A DNA stretch of 64,000 nt from Anaerolineae bacterium (GCA_018648685.1 JABGQT010000140.1:19920-83919); one strand, 5' to 3'; shown: positions 7,752 to 16,883, numbered from the stretch's first letter. The notes: generated by a model from the sequence alone, not told the origin. Numbers and translations: made by a program.

Positions 7752-9166
7752 TGTCAAAACTGATTCAAAATGGAACCATCATCACTGCTTCAGAGACTTT
7801 CCAAGCAGATGTTTTGATCGAAGGTGAGCAGATTTCTGCCATTGGGCGTGATCTACATGCCCCAAACGCTGAACGGATCGATGTGGATGGAAAGTTGATA
7901 CTCCCCGGAGGTGTTGATCCGCACACGCACTTTGATCTGCCAATGTTTGGCACTGTATCATCTGATGACCATTACACAGGGCACAAGGCTGCGGCATTTG
8001 GCGGTACGACGACTGTTATCGACTTTATTAATCAAGATTTTGACTCGCTTAGGCAATGTGTAGATGCCTGGCACACCAAAGCGGATGATAAAGCTGCGAT
8101 TGACTACTCCTTCCACATGAACATGGTCAATTTCAATGATGATGTGGCGAAGCAGATTCCCGATTTATTGGATGAAGGCATAACTTCGCTAAAAGTTTTC
8201 TCTGCCTATAATGGTGTTTTGCGTTTGGGTGATGATGGGATTTTTAATGTTCTTCGCACAGCCGCCGAAAATGGGATGTTAACTCTTCTCCATGCCGAAA
8301 ATGGAGATGTGATTGAGACTCTCGTTGCCGATGCGCTGAAGGCGGGGAACACGTCAACGGAGTGGCATGCTTTAACGAGACCAAGTTGGGGTGCGGGAGA
8401 AGCCATTTTAAGGGTAGCAGGCATGGCTCAAGCAGCGGACGCGTCTCTTTATATCGTCCATATGAATACTGCAATCGGTGCTGATATGCTCAAGTATTCT
8501 CGTGAGCGGGGAATCAAGATCATGGGCGAAACTTGTCCGCAATATCTCTTTTTCACGATTGATAATATGCGCCAGCCAGATGGGGCAAAATGGGTTTGTT
8601 CGCCGCCGATGCGCAGCAAAGAAGATAATGCGCGGCTTTGGCAGGCTGTGGAAAGGGGAGAGATGCAGGTGATGGGCACGGATCATTGCCCCTTTTTCTT
8701 TGATGGAACGAAACCGATCATGTACGAAGGTAAAGAAATCGCGATCCTCGGCAAAGAGTTGGGAAAAGATGATTTCACCAAAATCCCGAACGGGTTACCC
8801 GCCGTTGGAGACCGTTTACCCGTAATGTGGACGGAGGGGGTTGTAAAGGGGCGCATCAGCGCGAACGAATTTGTTGCAATGAATAGTACCAATCCTGCCA
8901 AGATTTTTGGGATGTATCCGCGTAAAGGCGCGTTGCTCCCTGGCTCGGATGCAGATATCGTAATTTGGGATCCCGAGCGCAAGGTGAAATACGGTGTAGC
9001 GCATAGCCATCAACGCACGGACTATAATCTTTTTGAAGGCTGGGAGTTGGTCGGCTATCCTAAAAAGGTCTTCCTGCGCGGAGAGATGATTGTTGATGGT
9101 GATGAGTGGCTTGGCAAGCGCGGCGGTGGGGAGTTCATCAAACGCAATGAGGGCGAAGTTTTGTAG
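7751..9166 (+). CDS. Dihydropyrimidinase / D-hydantoinase
   Basis: 471 aa. The cyclic-amidohydrolase signature GGVDPHTHF is present and the overall length fits. Its start overlaps the previous stop (TAATG). Confidence 0.85.
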   Translation: MSKLIQNGTIITASETFQADVLIEGEQISAIGRDLHAPNAERIDVDGKLILPGGVDPHTHFDLPMFGTVSSDDHYTGHKAAAFGGTTTVIDFINQDFDSLRQCVDAWHTKADDKAAIDYSFHMNMVNFNDDVAKQIPDLLDEGITSLKVFSAYNGVLRLGDDGIFNVLRTAAENGMLTLLHAENGDVIETLVADALKAGNTSTEWHALTRPSWGAGEAILRVAGMAQAADASLYIVHMNTAIGADMLKYSRERGIKIMGETCPQYLFFTIDNMRQPDGAKWVCSPPMRSKEDNARLWQAVERGEMQVMGTDHCPFFFDGTKPIMYEGKEIAILGKELGKDDFTKIPNGLPAVGDRLPVMWTEGVVKGRISANEFVAMNSTNPAKIFGMYPRKGALLPGSDADIVIWDPERKVKYGVAHSHQRTDYNLFEGWELVGYPKKVFLRGEMIVDGDEWLGKRGGGEFIKRNEGEVL

Positions 9167-9194
9167 CCCGCATCTTTTTGTATGAGTAAGCGTT

Positions 9195-9232
9195 ATATCC
9201 TTGCATAAGTAAAACTTTGCAAGGATATTTTT
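9195..9232 (+). terminator. Intrinsic terminator after the dihydropyrimidinase gene
   Basis: ATATCCTTGC (9195-9204) pairs with GCAAGGATAT (9219-9228), followed by TTTT. Confidence 0.65.
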
Positions 9233-9245
9233 ATAGGAGAGCTTT

Positions 9246-9617
9246 ATGGCAGAAAAACATGTCACCGATGCAATTGTTGTGCATTGCATAGATTTTCGTT
9301 TTCAAAAATATCTTAATGATTGGCTCAACGAAAAGGTGGGAGAGGGGAATTATGATCGCCTATCCATTGCTGGCAGCGTTTTTGACTTTGAAGCTGTTTT
9401 TGAACAAGTGCAGCTTTCAGGAAGGCTGCATGAAATAAAGAAGGTGATCTTCATCAATCACGAAGATTGCGGTGCTTACGGTGAAGCCGGCAGCAGGGAA
9501 CGTCACGAAGTCGATTTGCGTGCCGCCCGGGAAAAAATTGGCGAACGCTGTGTCAGAGATTTGGAAGTAGAGCTATATTATCTACATCTGGATGGCACAT
9601 TTGAGAAAGTGAGTTGA
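9246..9617 (+). CDS. Small protein with a beta-carbonic-anhydrase-like CxDxR...HxxC motif pair
   Basis: 123 aa. It has C14-I-D16-F-R18 and H72-E-D-C75-G, a spacing of 58 residues. This is close to the beta-CA zinc-site spacing. The flanking beta-CA subdomains are absent. Confidence 0.45.
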   Translation: MAEKHVTDAIVVHCIDFRFQKYLNDWLNEKVGEGNYDRLSIAGSVFDFEAVFEQVQLSGRLHEIKKVIFINHEDCGAYGEAGSRERHEVDLRAAREKIGERCVRDLEVELYYLHLDGTFEKVS

Positions 9618-9632
9618 AGTTGCCTAAAAAAA

Positions 9633-9654
9633 AGCGCGAGATTTTTCTCGCGCT
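9633..9654. terminator. Bidirectional terminator between convergent genes
   Basis: AGCGCGAG pairs with CTCGCGCT. An A8 run lies upstream and a T-rich tail downstream. Confidence 0.7.
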
Positions 9655-9662
9655 CTTTGCTT

Positions 9663-10328
9663 TTAATTTGCCTGTATCTCTTTTAATTTTTGGTGTTCTG
9701 CATAAAAACCCCTGTTCTTCTCTGGCAGCATTGCCGCGATCTTGCACATGATCTCATCTGTATATTCTTTCAGCACAGCATCCTTGTCTTTTCGCGGTAG
9801 GGGAGGCAGAACAAAAGCATCCCCTATGGTTACGGTAATTTTTGTGCGTTTGAACTTTTTTAAATTACTAAGTAGTATCCGATCTTCAGTGCCAGCTAGA
9901 GCAATAGGAATTACGGGAAATTGAGACTTGGATGCAAGATAGCTGACCCCGGGTTTTCCCTCAGCCATTTTTTCGTTGCGGCTGCGCGTTCCCTCTGGGG
10001 CGATTACAAGAACTTCTCCGTTATCCATTCTTCTTAGAATGCCTCGCAAAGCACGAATATCAGGATTGAAACGATCAATGAAGATTATGTTTAGATGTTT
10101 TCCAAGCCAGCGTAGAAAGGAATACTCTTCCCATTTTTCTGCAACGGGAATAAAAAAATCCCAGCGTTCGAGAACATAATAAGCAAGGGTGGCGTCTAAA
10201 ATGCCAAGGTGATTTGTCGCAAAAGCATAGCTCCCTGTCTCTGGGAGCTTTTCTCTATCGATAACTTCTACTTTGGCTACCAATCGAAGAAGCAAACGAA
10301 TAATGGCACGGAGTATATGTCTTGTCAT
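9663..10328 (-). CDS. Lysophospholipid (1-acyl-sn-glycerol-3-phosphate) acyltransferase family protein
   Basis: 221 aa with the HX4D motif (NHLGILD) and the PEGTRS block typical of the PlsC family. Confidence 0.8.
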   Translation of the reverse strand: MTRHILRAIIRLLLRLVAKVEVIDREKLPETGSYAFATNHLGILDATLAYYVLERWDFFIPVAEKWEEYSFLRWLGKHLNIIFIDRFNPDIRALRGILRRMDNGEVLVIAPEGTRSRNEKMAEGKPGVSYLASKSQFPVIPIALAGTEDRILLSNLKKFKRTKITVTIGDAFVLPPLPRKDKDAVLKEYTDEIMCKIAAMLPEKNRGFYAEHQKLKEIQAN

Positions 10329-10363
10329 GGGCTAATTGTATGTCACTTTAGAGAGATGGGCAA

Positions 10364-10385
10364 TAAAAAAGCCCCGTTAGGGGCT
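10364..10385 (-). terminator. Intrinsic terminator after the PilZ gene
   Basis: AGCCCC-GTTA-GGGGCT begins 5 nt after the stop. A T6 run follows on the minus strand. Confidence 0.7.
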
Positions 10386-10389
10386 TCTT

Positions 10390-10776
10390 TTACCAATGAC
10401 CTCTGTTCAAGGGAGTTGTTCCTCCCTTCCTTTTTTTCGTACCATATAATTCCAAAACACGATTGAAAATCTCACGGTCTTCAGGGTGCATTTCTATCAA
10501 ATGGAAACCGGTATTATAAACAAAGGGGTCAATAGGATCTGCTTGGCACCATTTGCTTTGCGCTCTAAAGATCATAAAAGGTTTCGATGCTACATCTGGT
10601 GTTAGGGCAAGATGAAAGCGATATTCTTTTTCGGTGGGGATAGGCGCGTCGCTATCCAGCTTGAAGCCGCCTGTGCTAATATCTGCTAAATGCCCAACCA
10701 GCGTTCTGGTTGCTGCGTCAGTTAGTTGCATATAGTAAGAAAAGTCTTTGCGCTTTTCAACTCTTTTGTCATCCAT
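10390..10776 (-). CDS. PilZ domain protein
   Basis: 128 aa with an RxxxR-like EKRKD block and the DISTGG (D/NxSxxG) motif. Confidence 0.7.
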   Translation of the reverse strand: MDDKRVEKRKDFSYYMQLTDAATRTLVGHLADISTGGFKLDSDAPIPTEKEYRFHLALTPDVASKPFMIFRAQSKWCQADPIDPFVYNTGFHLIEMHPEDREIFNRVLELYGTKKRKGGTTPLNRGHW

Positions 10777-10839
10777 TAAAAACCTCCAGACAAATACAAC
10801 TTTAGTATAGATGATATTAAAAGCGAATTCAACAATTTG

Positions 10840-11991
10840 TCATGGAACTTTAAGGATATGGGTAAGGATACTCGCGCCCGAACCGCCGATATTTTGCGCC
10901 ATGCCGATTTTTGCGCCCTCTACTTGTGTTTCGCCACATTCGCCACGTAATTGTTGGACGGATTCGACGATCTGATACATACCGGTCGCGCCAACGGGAT
11001 GCCCGCGTGCTTTTAATCCCCCTCGTGTACAAATCGGGATGCGCCCGCCTTTTGTCGTGATCTCGTTATCTAAACCGAGTCTCGGTCCTTGGCCTTGTTC
11101 TGCAAATCCGCAGGCCTCGAGCGATAACACCGACATGATTGAAAAGGCATCATGTAGTTCGAAGAAATCCATGTCTTTATGGCTCATGCCAGCTTGGGCA
11201 TAGGCGCGTTGTGCCGAAAGATACGCCGCCTGCAAGAACAAAGGCGCCTTTCGTGAGTGGACGCTCAGGGTATCGGTAGCAGCCCCACTTCCGAGTATTT
11301 GTACCGCGCGTTTGTCGTCGCGTACCTCGTCGAGGGGCACGATCAATGCCGCAGCCGCCCCGTCGCCGATAGACGAGGCATCCAATAAACTGATCGGTGC
11401 TGCCACCATGCCTGCCTTATTGTGTTGTTCTTTGCTGATCGCAAAAGGGAGCCGTGCGTAAGGGTTGTGCACAGCATTGGCGTGGGAATTGATTGAGAAG
11501 GGGGCAAAATCTTCGTGCTTCCAGCCATATTCGTGCATATAACGTTGCATAACGAGGGCGTTTAGCCCCACAAAAGAAACGCCTTGCTCCAACTCCCAAT
11601 CGGAGTCGGCAGCCGTTGCTAATGCAGATGTGACCTCGGTGGGGGCGGCGTCGGTCATTTTTTCTACCCCAACGATCATGGCAGAATTGACTTCACCGGA
11701 AGCCACTGCCATAATCCCCGCCCGAAAAGCGGATGCGCCCGAAGAACAAGCTGTTTCTATTTTGACAGCCTCGCCCTTAAAACCGATCCAATCTGCGATG
11801 ACTGAGCCAAGATTATTTTGCTGGTCAATTAGCCCTGAGAGCATATTGCCGACGAAAAGTGCCTCGGCATTTTCACGTTTTGCATCTCGAAAAGCAGCAA
11901 AAATTGCTTCGCCCGCCAAATCACGGATAGATAATCCCCAGTGTTCATGTACTTTTGTTTGTCCGATGCCAATAATTGCGACTTCGCGCAT
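10840..11991 (-). CDS. Thiolase-domain protein (archaeal/SCP-x-like thiolase family)
   Basis: 383 aa. The active-site-type Cys is in ETACSSGASA, and C-terminal GHPVGATG and NIGGSGAS blocks are present. Confidence 0.8.
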   Translation of the reverse strand: MREVAIIGIGQTKVHEHWGLSIRDLAGEAIFAAFRDAKRENAEALFVGNMLSGLIDQQNNLGSVIADWIGFKGEAVKIETACSSGASAFRAGIMAVASGEVNSAMIVGVEKMTDAAPTEVTSALATAADSDWELEQGVSFVGLNALVMQRYMHEYGWKHEDFAPFSINSHANAVHNPYARLPFAISKEQHNKAGMVAAPISLLDASSIGDGAAAALIVPLDEVRDDKRAVQILGSGAATDTLSVHSRKAPLFLQAAYLSAQRAYAQAGMSHKDMDFFELHDAFSIMSVLSLEACGFAEQGQGPRLGLDNEITTKGGRIPICTRGGLKARGHPVGATGMYQIVESVQQLRGECGETQVEGAKIGMAQNIGGSGASILTHILKVP

Positions 11992-12017
11992 GATTTTGCC
12001 TCGTGTTTGGTTGATAT

Positions 12018-12232
12018 TAGGGCAATCGCATCTAAATTATTTTGTCTCCAAAAGATGCAAAGTGTTCAAATTCAAAGATAGGTGCGGGATAAATCCCTGC
12101 CTCAGAGCATGAAAGCCAGATAAATCCGGCTCGGTTTTTAGCCCGAAGGGCTTCCATGTACTGAGAAAGCAGCTTTAGCCCGCACGAAAACACAAAAAAG
12201 GCATAAATTTTGAATTAGATGCGATTGCCCTA
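12018..12232. mobile_element. 215-bp MITE-like element with perfect 18-bp terminal inverted repeats and a 10-bp direct flanking duplication
   Basis: TAGGGCAATCGCATCTAA (12018-12035) is the exact reverse complement of TTAGATGCGATTGCCCTA (12215-12232). It is flanked by identical TGGTTGATAT at 12008-12017 and 12233-12242. No credible ORF lies inside. Confidence 0.75.
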
Positions 12233-12322
12233 TGGTTGATATAAGTTTTAGACTCTTGTATAAAAAGCCTTGATATACTTTATTGATAATTCTAACCGAG
12301 TGTACTATCAAGGTCTATCAAA

Positions 12323-12844
12323 ATGGCACATATAGCATGGAAAAAAAAAGTTTTATCAAAGCTCGCTGAAAAAGGTGCTTTAGGCAAAGAATCTGCGGAT
12401 TATATTCACGCAAATAATGTGCGGATGCACTTCAAAAAATATTCAAAGAGCACGGGCGCGCGCTGGTTCTTATTTCGTCAAATATCCTTGAATAAACTTT
12501 ATTATTCTCCAGAGGGCGATGTAAATGACCCTAGGATATTGAGTCTGTTGGTGCATGAAGTGCATCATCTCAAACAAGGTGTGATCACTGCACTTTCTGT
12601 TTATGGGGAGTTAGATGCCTGGCAGGTGGAATTTCGCTTTTATAAAGAGATTCGCCCAGAAAGATTGCATCCTGCTCTGGAAGAGTTGCTTTCATTGCCC
12701 CTCAATTTTGACCGTGATAATTTGCACCGTGCTGCAAAGCTAATGCAAGACTACTCGGGAAAAGGTTATCACATTAACTGGCTGCCAATTTATCCATTGC
12801 ATAAAGAAGTGGGGTATTGGTTCACGAAAAGACAGCCAAAGTAA
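12323..12844 (+). CDS. Hypothetical protein with an HExxH(xxQ) metallopeptidase-like motif
   Basis: 173 aa with LLVHEVHHLKQG. Family unknown. The gene is bracketed by the two TAGGGC-ended elements. Confidence 0.5.
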   Translation: MAHIAWKKKVLSKLAEKGALGKESADYIHANNVRMHFKKYSKSTGARWFLFRQISLNKLYYSPEGDVNDPRILSLLVHEVHHLKQGVITALSVYGELDAWQVEFRFYKEIRPERLHPALEELLSLPLNFDRDNLHRAAKLMQDYSGKGYHINWLPIYPLHKEVGYWFTKRQPK

Positions 12845-12850
12845 ATGATA

Positions 12851-12965
12851 TAGGGCTTACGCATTTTTGACAATCCTTGTCCCAATGCTCTGCGTTGGAC
12901 GCTCTAACCAAGTCGCAACGTAGAGCATTGCTCTTAGGAAAAATGCGTTTTGTGTGTAAGTCCTA
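12851..12965. mobile_element. 115-bp MITE-like element with imperfect TIRs related to the 12018-12232 element
   Basis: The left end is TAGGGCTTACGCATTTTT. The reverse complement of the right end is TAGGACTTAC(ACACAAAAC)GCATTTTT. TGATA flanks both sides (12846-12850 and 12966-12970). An inner hairpin CAATGCTCT..AGAGCATTG is present. Confidence 0.5.
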
Positions 12966-12980
12966 TGATAAAAAAAATGA

Positions 12981-13017
12981 AGCGGAGCGTACCCTTAAGC
13001 ACGCCCCGCTTTTTTTG
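12981..13017 (+). terminator. Intrinsic terminator
   Basis: AGCGGAGCGT pairs with ACGCCCCGCT (one mismatch), followed by T7. An A-run upstream makes it potentially bidirectional. Confidence 0.65.
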
Positions 13018-13070
13018 TGCCTTGAGTGCAATGCACTTGCTTCTTAAATCTTTCTTTTCCACACTGCCTC

Positions 13071-13113
13071 TTGACTCTCCAATAAATTTCAGTAAAATAA
13101 AAGCGAACGTTCG
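13071..13113 (+). promoter_or_regulatory. Sigma-70-like promoter plus palindromic operator of the TetR/efflux operon
   Basis: TTGACT (13071-13076), 16 nt, then TAAAAT (13093-13098). The perfect 10-bp palindrome CGAACGTTCG (13104-13113) follows, 25 nt before the tetR-family start. Confidence 0.6.
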
Positions 13114-13137
13114 TTCATTTTTCTAAAAAGAAAGTTA

Positions 13138-13740
13138 ATGCCCAAAGCTAAAAATATCTCCAAAGGTGAGCGCACCCGCAAGGCGATCATGGATGCCGCG
13201 CACGAAGTTTTTCTCGAAAAAGGCTTCCACGCTGCCTCCATGCGACAGGTTGCAAAGGGTGCAGGCTTGGCATTGGGGGGGATATACAATCACTTTGAAA
13301 GCAAGGAAGAAATTTTTTCTGCGATCGTTCGTGCTCGCCATCCGTACAAAAGAATTTTGCCGATCGCGCTGGCAGCAGAAGGGGATGATATAGAGACCTT
13401 TGCTCATAATACCGGGCGGGCTATTGTCAGGGAGTTAAGCGAGAACTCCGATTATGTCAACTTGCTCTTCATCGAGATATTGGAATTTAAGGGCAAACAC
13501 ATGGCCGAAATATTTCAGGATATTTTCCCCCAAGTTCTGCCGCTTTTAGAACGTTTTCAGGCGGGGAACACCCGTGAATTCCCGCCGATGATGCTCATGC
13601 GTATTTTTATTGGCACCTTTATCTCCTATTACCTTACAGAGATTTCTTTTGGTGAAGTTGCAATGCCGAATATGCAGGAAGATGCCATGCAGCATTTCGT
13701 GGATGTGTTTTTGCATGGTGTTCTGGAAGTGGAAAAGTGA
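13138..13740 (+). CDS. TetR/AcrR family transcriptional regulator
   Basis: 200 aa with an N-terminal HTH (FHAASMRQVAKGAGLALGGIYNHFESKEEIF). Confidence 0.85.
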   Translation: MPKAKNISKGERTRKAIMDAAHEVFLEKGFHAASMRQVAKGAGLALGGIYNHFESKEEIFSAIVRARHPYKRILPIALAAEGDDIETFAHNTGRAIVRELSENSDYVNLLFIEILEFKGKHMAEIFQDIFPQVLPLLERFQAGNTREFPPMMLMRIFIGTFISYYLTEISFGEVAMPNMQEDAMQHFVDVFLHGVLEVEK

Positions 13741-13777
13741 TGATGTATAAAAAACAAGTGTCTAAAAGAAGTATCTT

Positions 13778-14419
13778 ATGTTCCTGAATATTCTCTACAT
13801 CTTGCTTGGTATTTTTGTCACGTTTCTAATCCTCCATACGATTATTCGTGTTGTGCGCTATTTTTACAAATTTCCTATTCCTCAATCTCTAGTCAAGTTC
13901 ATTGACAATCCCCTCCGCAGGCGTATTCAACCACCCTATGAAACAGCTATTCGGCATGGAATTGAATCTGGTATGCGAGTCCTTGATGTAGGGCCAGGAA
14001 ATGGAACGTACACCTTGGGGGCTGCTGAACACCTTGGGAGCGAGGGCCAGTTGATTGCCATTGATATAGAACCGAAAATCATTGAACGTCTTCAAGAGAA
14101 GATCGAGACAGAAGGAATTATGAATGTAGAAGCGCGTGTTGCAGACGCATACGAGTTACCTTTTGACGATTCCGGTTTTGATCTGATTTACATGATTACA
14201 GTTATCAATGAAATCCCTGACATCCCTCGAGCTTTGAAAGAGTTTCATAGAGTTCTAAAGCCATCAGGGAAACTGGTTTTTAGTGAATTGTTGCTTGACC
14301 CAGATTATCCATTGGCTGGAAAATTGACCCAAAAAGTTCAGTCTGCTAACTTTCACCTTTTAGAGAAAATCGGTAACTTTTTCTACTACACGTTAATATT
14401 TGAAAAGAGCGGTGAGTAA
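13778..14419 (+). CDS. Class I SAM-dependent methyltransferase with an N-terminal TM helix
   Basis: 213 aa with SAM motif I (VLDVGPGNG). The first ~25 residues are hydrophobic. Confidence 0.8.
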   Translation: MFLNILYILLGIFVTFLILHTIIRVVRYFYKFPIPQSLVKFIDNPLRRRIQPPYETAIRHGIESGMRVLDVGPGNGTYTLGAAEHLGSEGQLIAIDIEPKIIERLQEKIETEGIMNVEARVADAYELPFDDSGFDLIYMITVINEIPDIPRALKEFHRVLKPSGKLVFSELLLDPDYPLAGKLTQKVQSANFHLLEKIGNFFYYTLIFEKSGE

Positions 14420-14421
14420 AA

Positions 14422-15552
14422 ATGTTCAATTCTCGTCTTACTTCGATTATTCGTAAGGAATTTATTCAAATTATCCGCGATCCGCGCACATTGGCGATGA
14501 TTCTCCTTGTGCCGGTCATGCAGCTTTTCCTATTGGGCTATGCCGCGACGACGGATGTGCGCAATATCCCCATCGCGGTTTTAGATCAGAGTCGTAGCCC
14601 GGAATCATGTGCCTTGCTGGATGCTTTCCGCGCGGCAGATTATTTCCGCATCGCTTTTGATGTTGGCTCCAACGCTGAAGTCCGCGACCTGATCGAGCGT
14701 GGCGATGCGCGGGCTGCGCTTATCATTCCGCCGGACTATAGTGAAAGTTTGCTGGCGGGAGATGCTCAAGTTTCGATGATTCTGGATGGTTCCGATTCCT
14801 CTGTTGGGGGCACGGCGCTCTCCACCGCACGATTAATCGGGCAGGCGCACGCCACGAAACTAATGCGGGAGCAAGCCGCTCGATCCGGGCGAAGCGGGGT
14901 TTTTAATCCACCCCTTGAAGTCCGCACACAGGTTTGGTATAACCCCGATCTCATCAGTGCCCACTTCATGATCCCGGGCGTGATCGGCATGATCCTCTTC
15001 GCCATTACCTCCATTCTCACCGCTACCACCATCGTCCGCGAGCGCGAACGCGGCACGATCGAACAACTCATTGTCACGCCCATCCGCTCATGGGAATTGG
15101 TCGTCGGCAAACTCACGCCCTACGTCATCCTTTCGCTTTTCGACACGCTCGTCGTCCTCGCCATCGGGCATCTTTGGTTTGGTGTCCCCGTGCGCGGCGA
15201 TCTCGGTCTCATCATCATCCTTTCGGGCTTGCTGCTCCTTTCGGGGCTGGGCATCGGGCTTTATGCCTCCACCATTGCCAATACCCAGCAAGAAGCCATG
15301 ATGACCACCTGGATGACCCTTTTGCCTGCCATTTTTCTTTCGGGCTTTCTTTTCCCGCTCGAAGCTATGCCGCGCGTGCTTTACTGGATTTCATACATCA
15401 TCCCGCTGCGTTATTACCTCGTCATCATTCGCTCGCTCTTGCTCAAAGGCGTTGGTATCGCGGCTATTCAAAATCAGGTCATCGCCCTTGCCATTTTCGG
15501 CATCGGCATTATGGGCGCGGCAGCCCTGCGCTTCCGCAAACGTCTGGATTAA
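14422..15552 (+). CDS. ABC-2 type transporter permease
   Basis: 376 aa. It has one N-terminal TM, a large loop and then six C-terminal TM segments, the typical ABC-2 layout. Confidence 0.85.
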   Translation: MFNSRLTSIIRKEFIQIIRDPRTLAMILLVPVMQLFLLGYAATTDVRNIPIAVLDQSRSPESCALLDAFRAADYFRIAFDVGSNAEVRDLIERGDARAALIIPPDYSESLLAGDAQVSMILDGSDSSVGGTALSTARLIGQAHATKLMREQAARSGRSGVFNPPLEVRTQVWYNPDLISAHFMIPGVIGMILFAITSILTATTIVRERERGTIEQLIVTPIRSWELVVGKLTPYVILSLFDTLVVLAIGHLWFGVPVRGDLGLIIILSGLLLLSGLGIGLYASTIANTQQEAMMTTWMTLLPAIFLSGFLFPLEAMPRVLYWISYIIPLRYYLVIIRSLLLKGVGIAAIQNQVIALAIFGIGIMGAAALRFRKRLD

Positions 15553-15561
15553 GGAGTTACA

Positions 15562-16866
15562 ATGAAAAAGAAACGCCCTCCCGTACAAGTAATTGTTATT
15601 GTTTTGCTCGCCATTTTGATTGGTGGATATTACGGATTGCAAAATCTCTTTTCTGAAAATCATGGCGGATTAGGCGCCTCAGGCACCATCGAAGTTGTGG
15701 ATGTGGATGTTTCCCCCGAGATGGCAGGCAAAGTGGATGCGGTGCTTGCCGAAGAGAGCGATACCGTTAAATCAGGCGATCCGCTTCTCGCTCTTGACCC
15801 CAGCTTGCTCACTGCGCAACGAGCAGTTGTCCTCTCCCAAGTGGATGCCGCCAAAGCCGCCCTCAACACTGTGCAAAGCAATTACGATTTGACACTCCAA
15901 AACGCCCTCGTCGCCCAACAAGCCTCCACCGCCATAGATTGGCGTTACTCCGCCCCCGATGAGTTCAGCCACCCCCTCTGGTATTTTGACCAACCCGAGA
16001 AGGTCGCCGCCATCCAAACCGAATTGGATGCTGCCGCTGCAGCCCTCACCTCTTCGCAGGATGAACTCACAGCCGTTATTGCCGATCTGGACAACGTAGA
16101 ATTTCTTGCCACTGAAGAGCGATTGGGTATTGCCCAAACAGCCTTTCTTATTGCAGAAGAAGTCAAAATTCAAACAGAATATGCCGCTGAAGGCGGCAGC
16201 CTACGTGACGCCTCCTACGATGCTTATAACGATGCCGAAGACGAACTCAACGATGCTGAAGAAGCCTACTACGACCTGCTCAGTAGCGCTGCCGCCGATG
16301 ATGTCCTCGACGTGCGCGGAAAAGTCATCGTTGCCCAACAACGCTACGAAGTTGCTTATGCGCGCCTTCTCTCTCTTCAAACGGGAACGGAATCAGCTGC
16401 GGTTATGAATGCCCAAAACGCCCTCGAGCAGGCACAGACAGCCCTCGCCCAGGCTGAAGCCAATCTTGCCCTGATTGATACTCAGATCGAAAAACTGACT
16501 GTCTACGCTCCCGCCGATGGTGTCATCCTGACTCGCAACGTCGAGCCGGGCGAATTCGTTCAGCCGGGCGCAACCCTGCTGACTCTCGCTGATCTAAGCG
16601 ACTTAAAGATTACCGTCTATGTGCCGGAAGATCGCTATGGCGAAATTTCGCTCGGTCAAGAAGCAACCCTGAGCGTAGACTCTTTTCCTGAAGAAACTTT
16701 CTCTGCAATTGTCGTGTCCATAGCGAATACCGCCGAATTCACTCCGCGCAACGTCCAGACCGTCGAGGGGCGCAGCAGCACAGTTTACGCTGTCAAATTG
16801 CAGGTGGATGACCCCTCTGGGAAATTGAAGCCCGGGATGCCCGCAGACGTGAGTTTTGTCGAATAG
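15562..16866 (+). CDS. HlyD-family periplasmic adaptor (membrane fusion) protein
   Basis: 434 aa. It has a signal-anchor, a long Ala/Gln/Glu-rich coiled-coil hairpin and a C-terminal beta-barrel block (LKPGMPADV). Confidence 0.8.
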   Translation: MKKKRPPVQVIVIVLLAILIGGYYGLQNLFSENHGGLGASGTIEVVDVDVSPEMAGKVDAVLAEESDTVKSGDPLLALDPSLLTAQRAVVLSQVDAAKAALNTVQSNYDLTLQNALVAQQASTAIDWRYSAPDEFSHPLWYFDQPEKVAAIQTELDAAAAALTSSQDELTAVIADLDNVEFLATEERLGIAQTAFLIAEEVKIQTEYAAEGGSLRDASYDAYNDAEDELNDAEEAYYDLLSSAAADDVLDVRGKVIVAQQRYEVAYARLLSLQTGTESAAVMNAQNALEQAQTALAQAEANLALIDTQIEKLTVYAPADGVILTRNVEPGEFVQPGATLLTLADLSDLKITVYVPEDRYGEISLGQEATLSVDSFPEETFSAIVVSIANTAEFTPRNVQTVEGRSSTVYAVKLQVDDPSGKLKPGMPADVSFVE

Positions 16867-16883
16867 TTCTTTAGGAGAAAGCC

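Noticed and set aside
15090-15656. 188-aa alternative-frame ORF inside the ABC-2 permease gene
   Set aside because: It overlaps a convincing multi-TM permease frame. The translation is low-complexity and His/Arg/Pro-rich.
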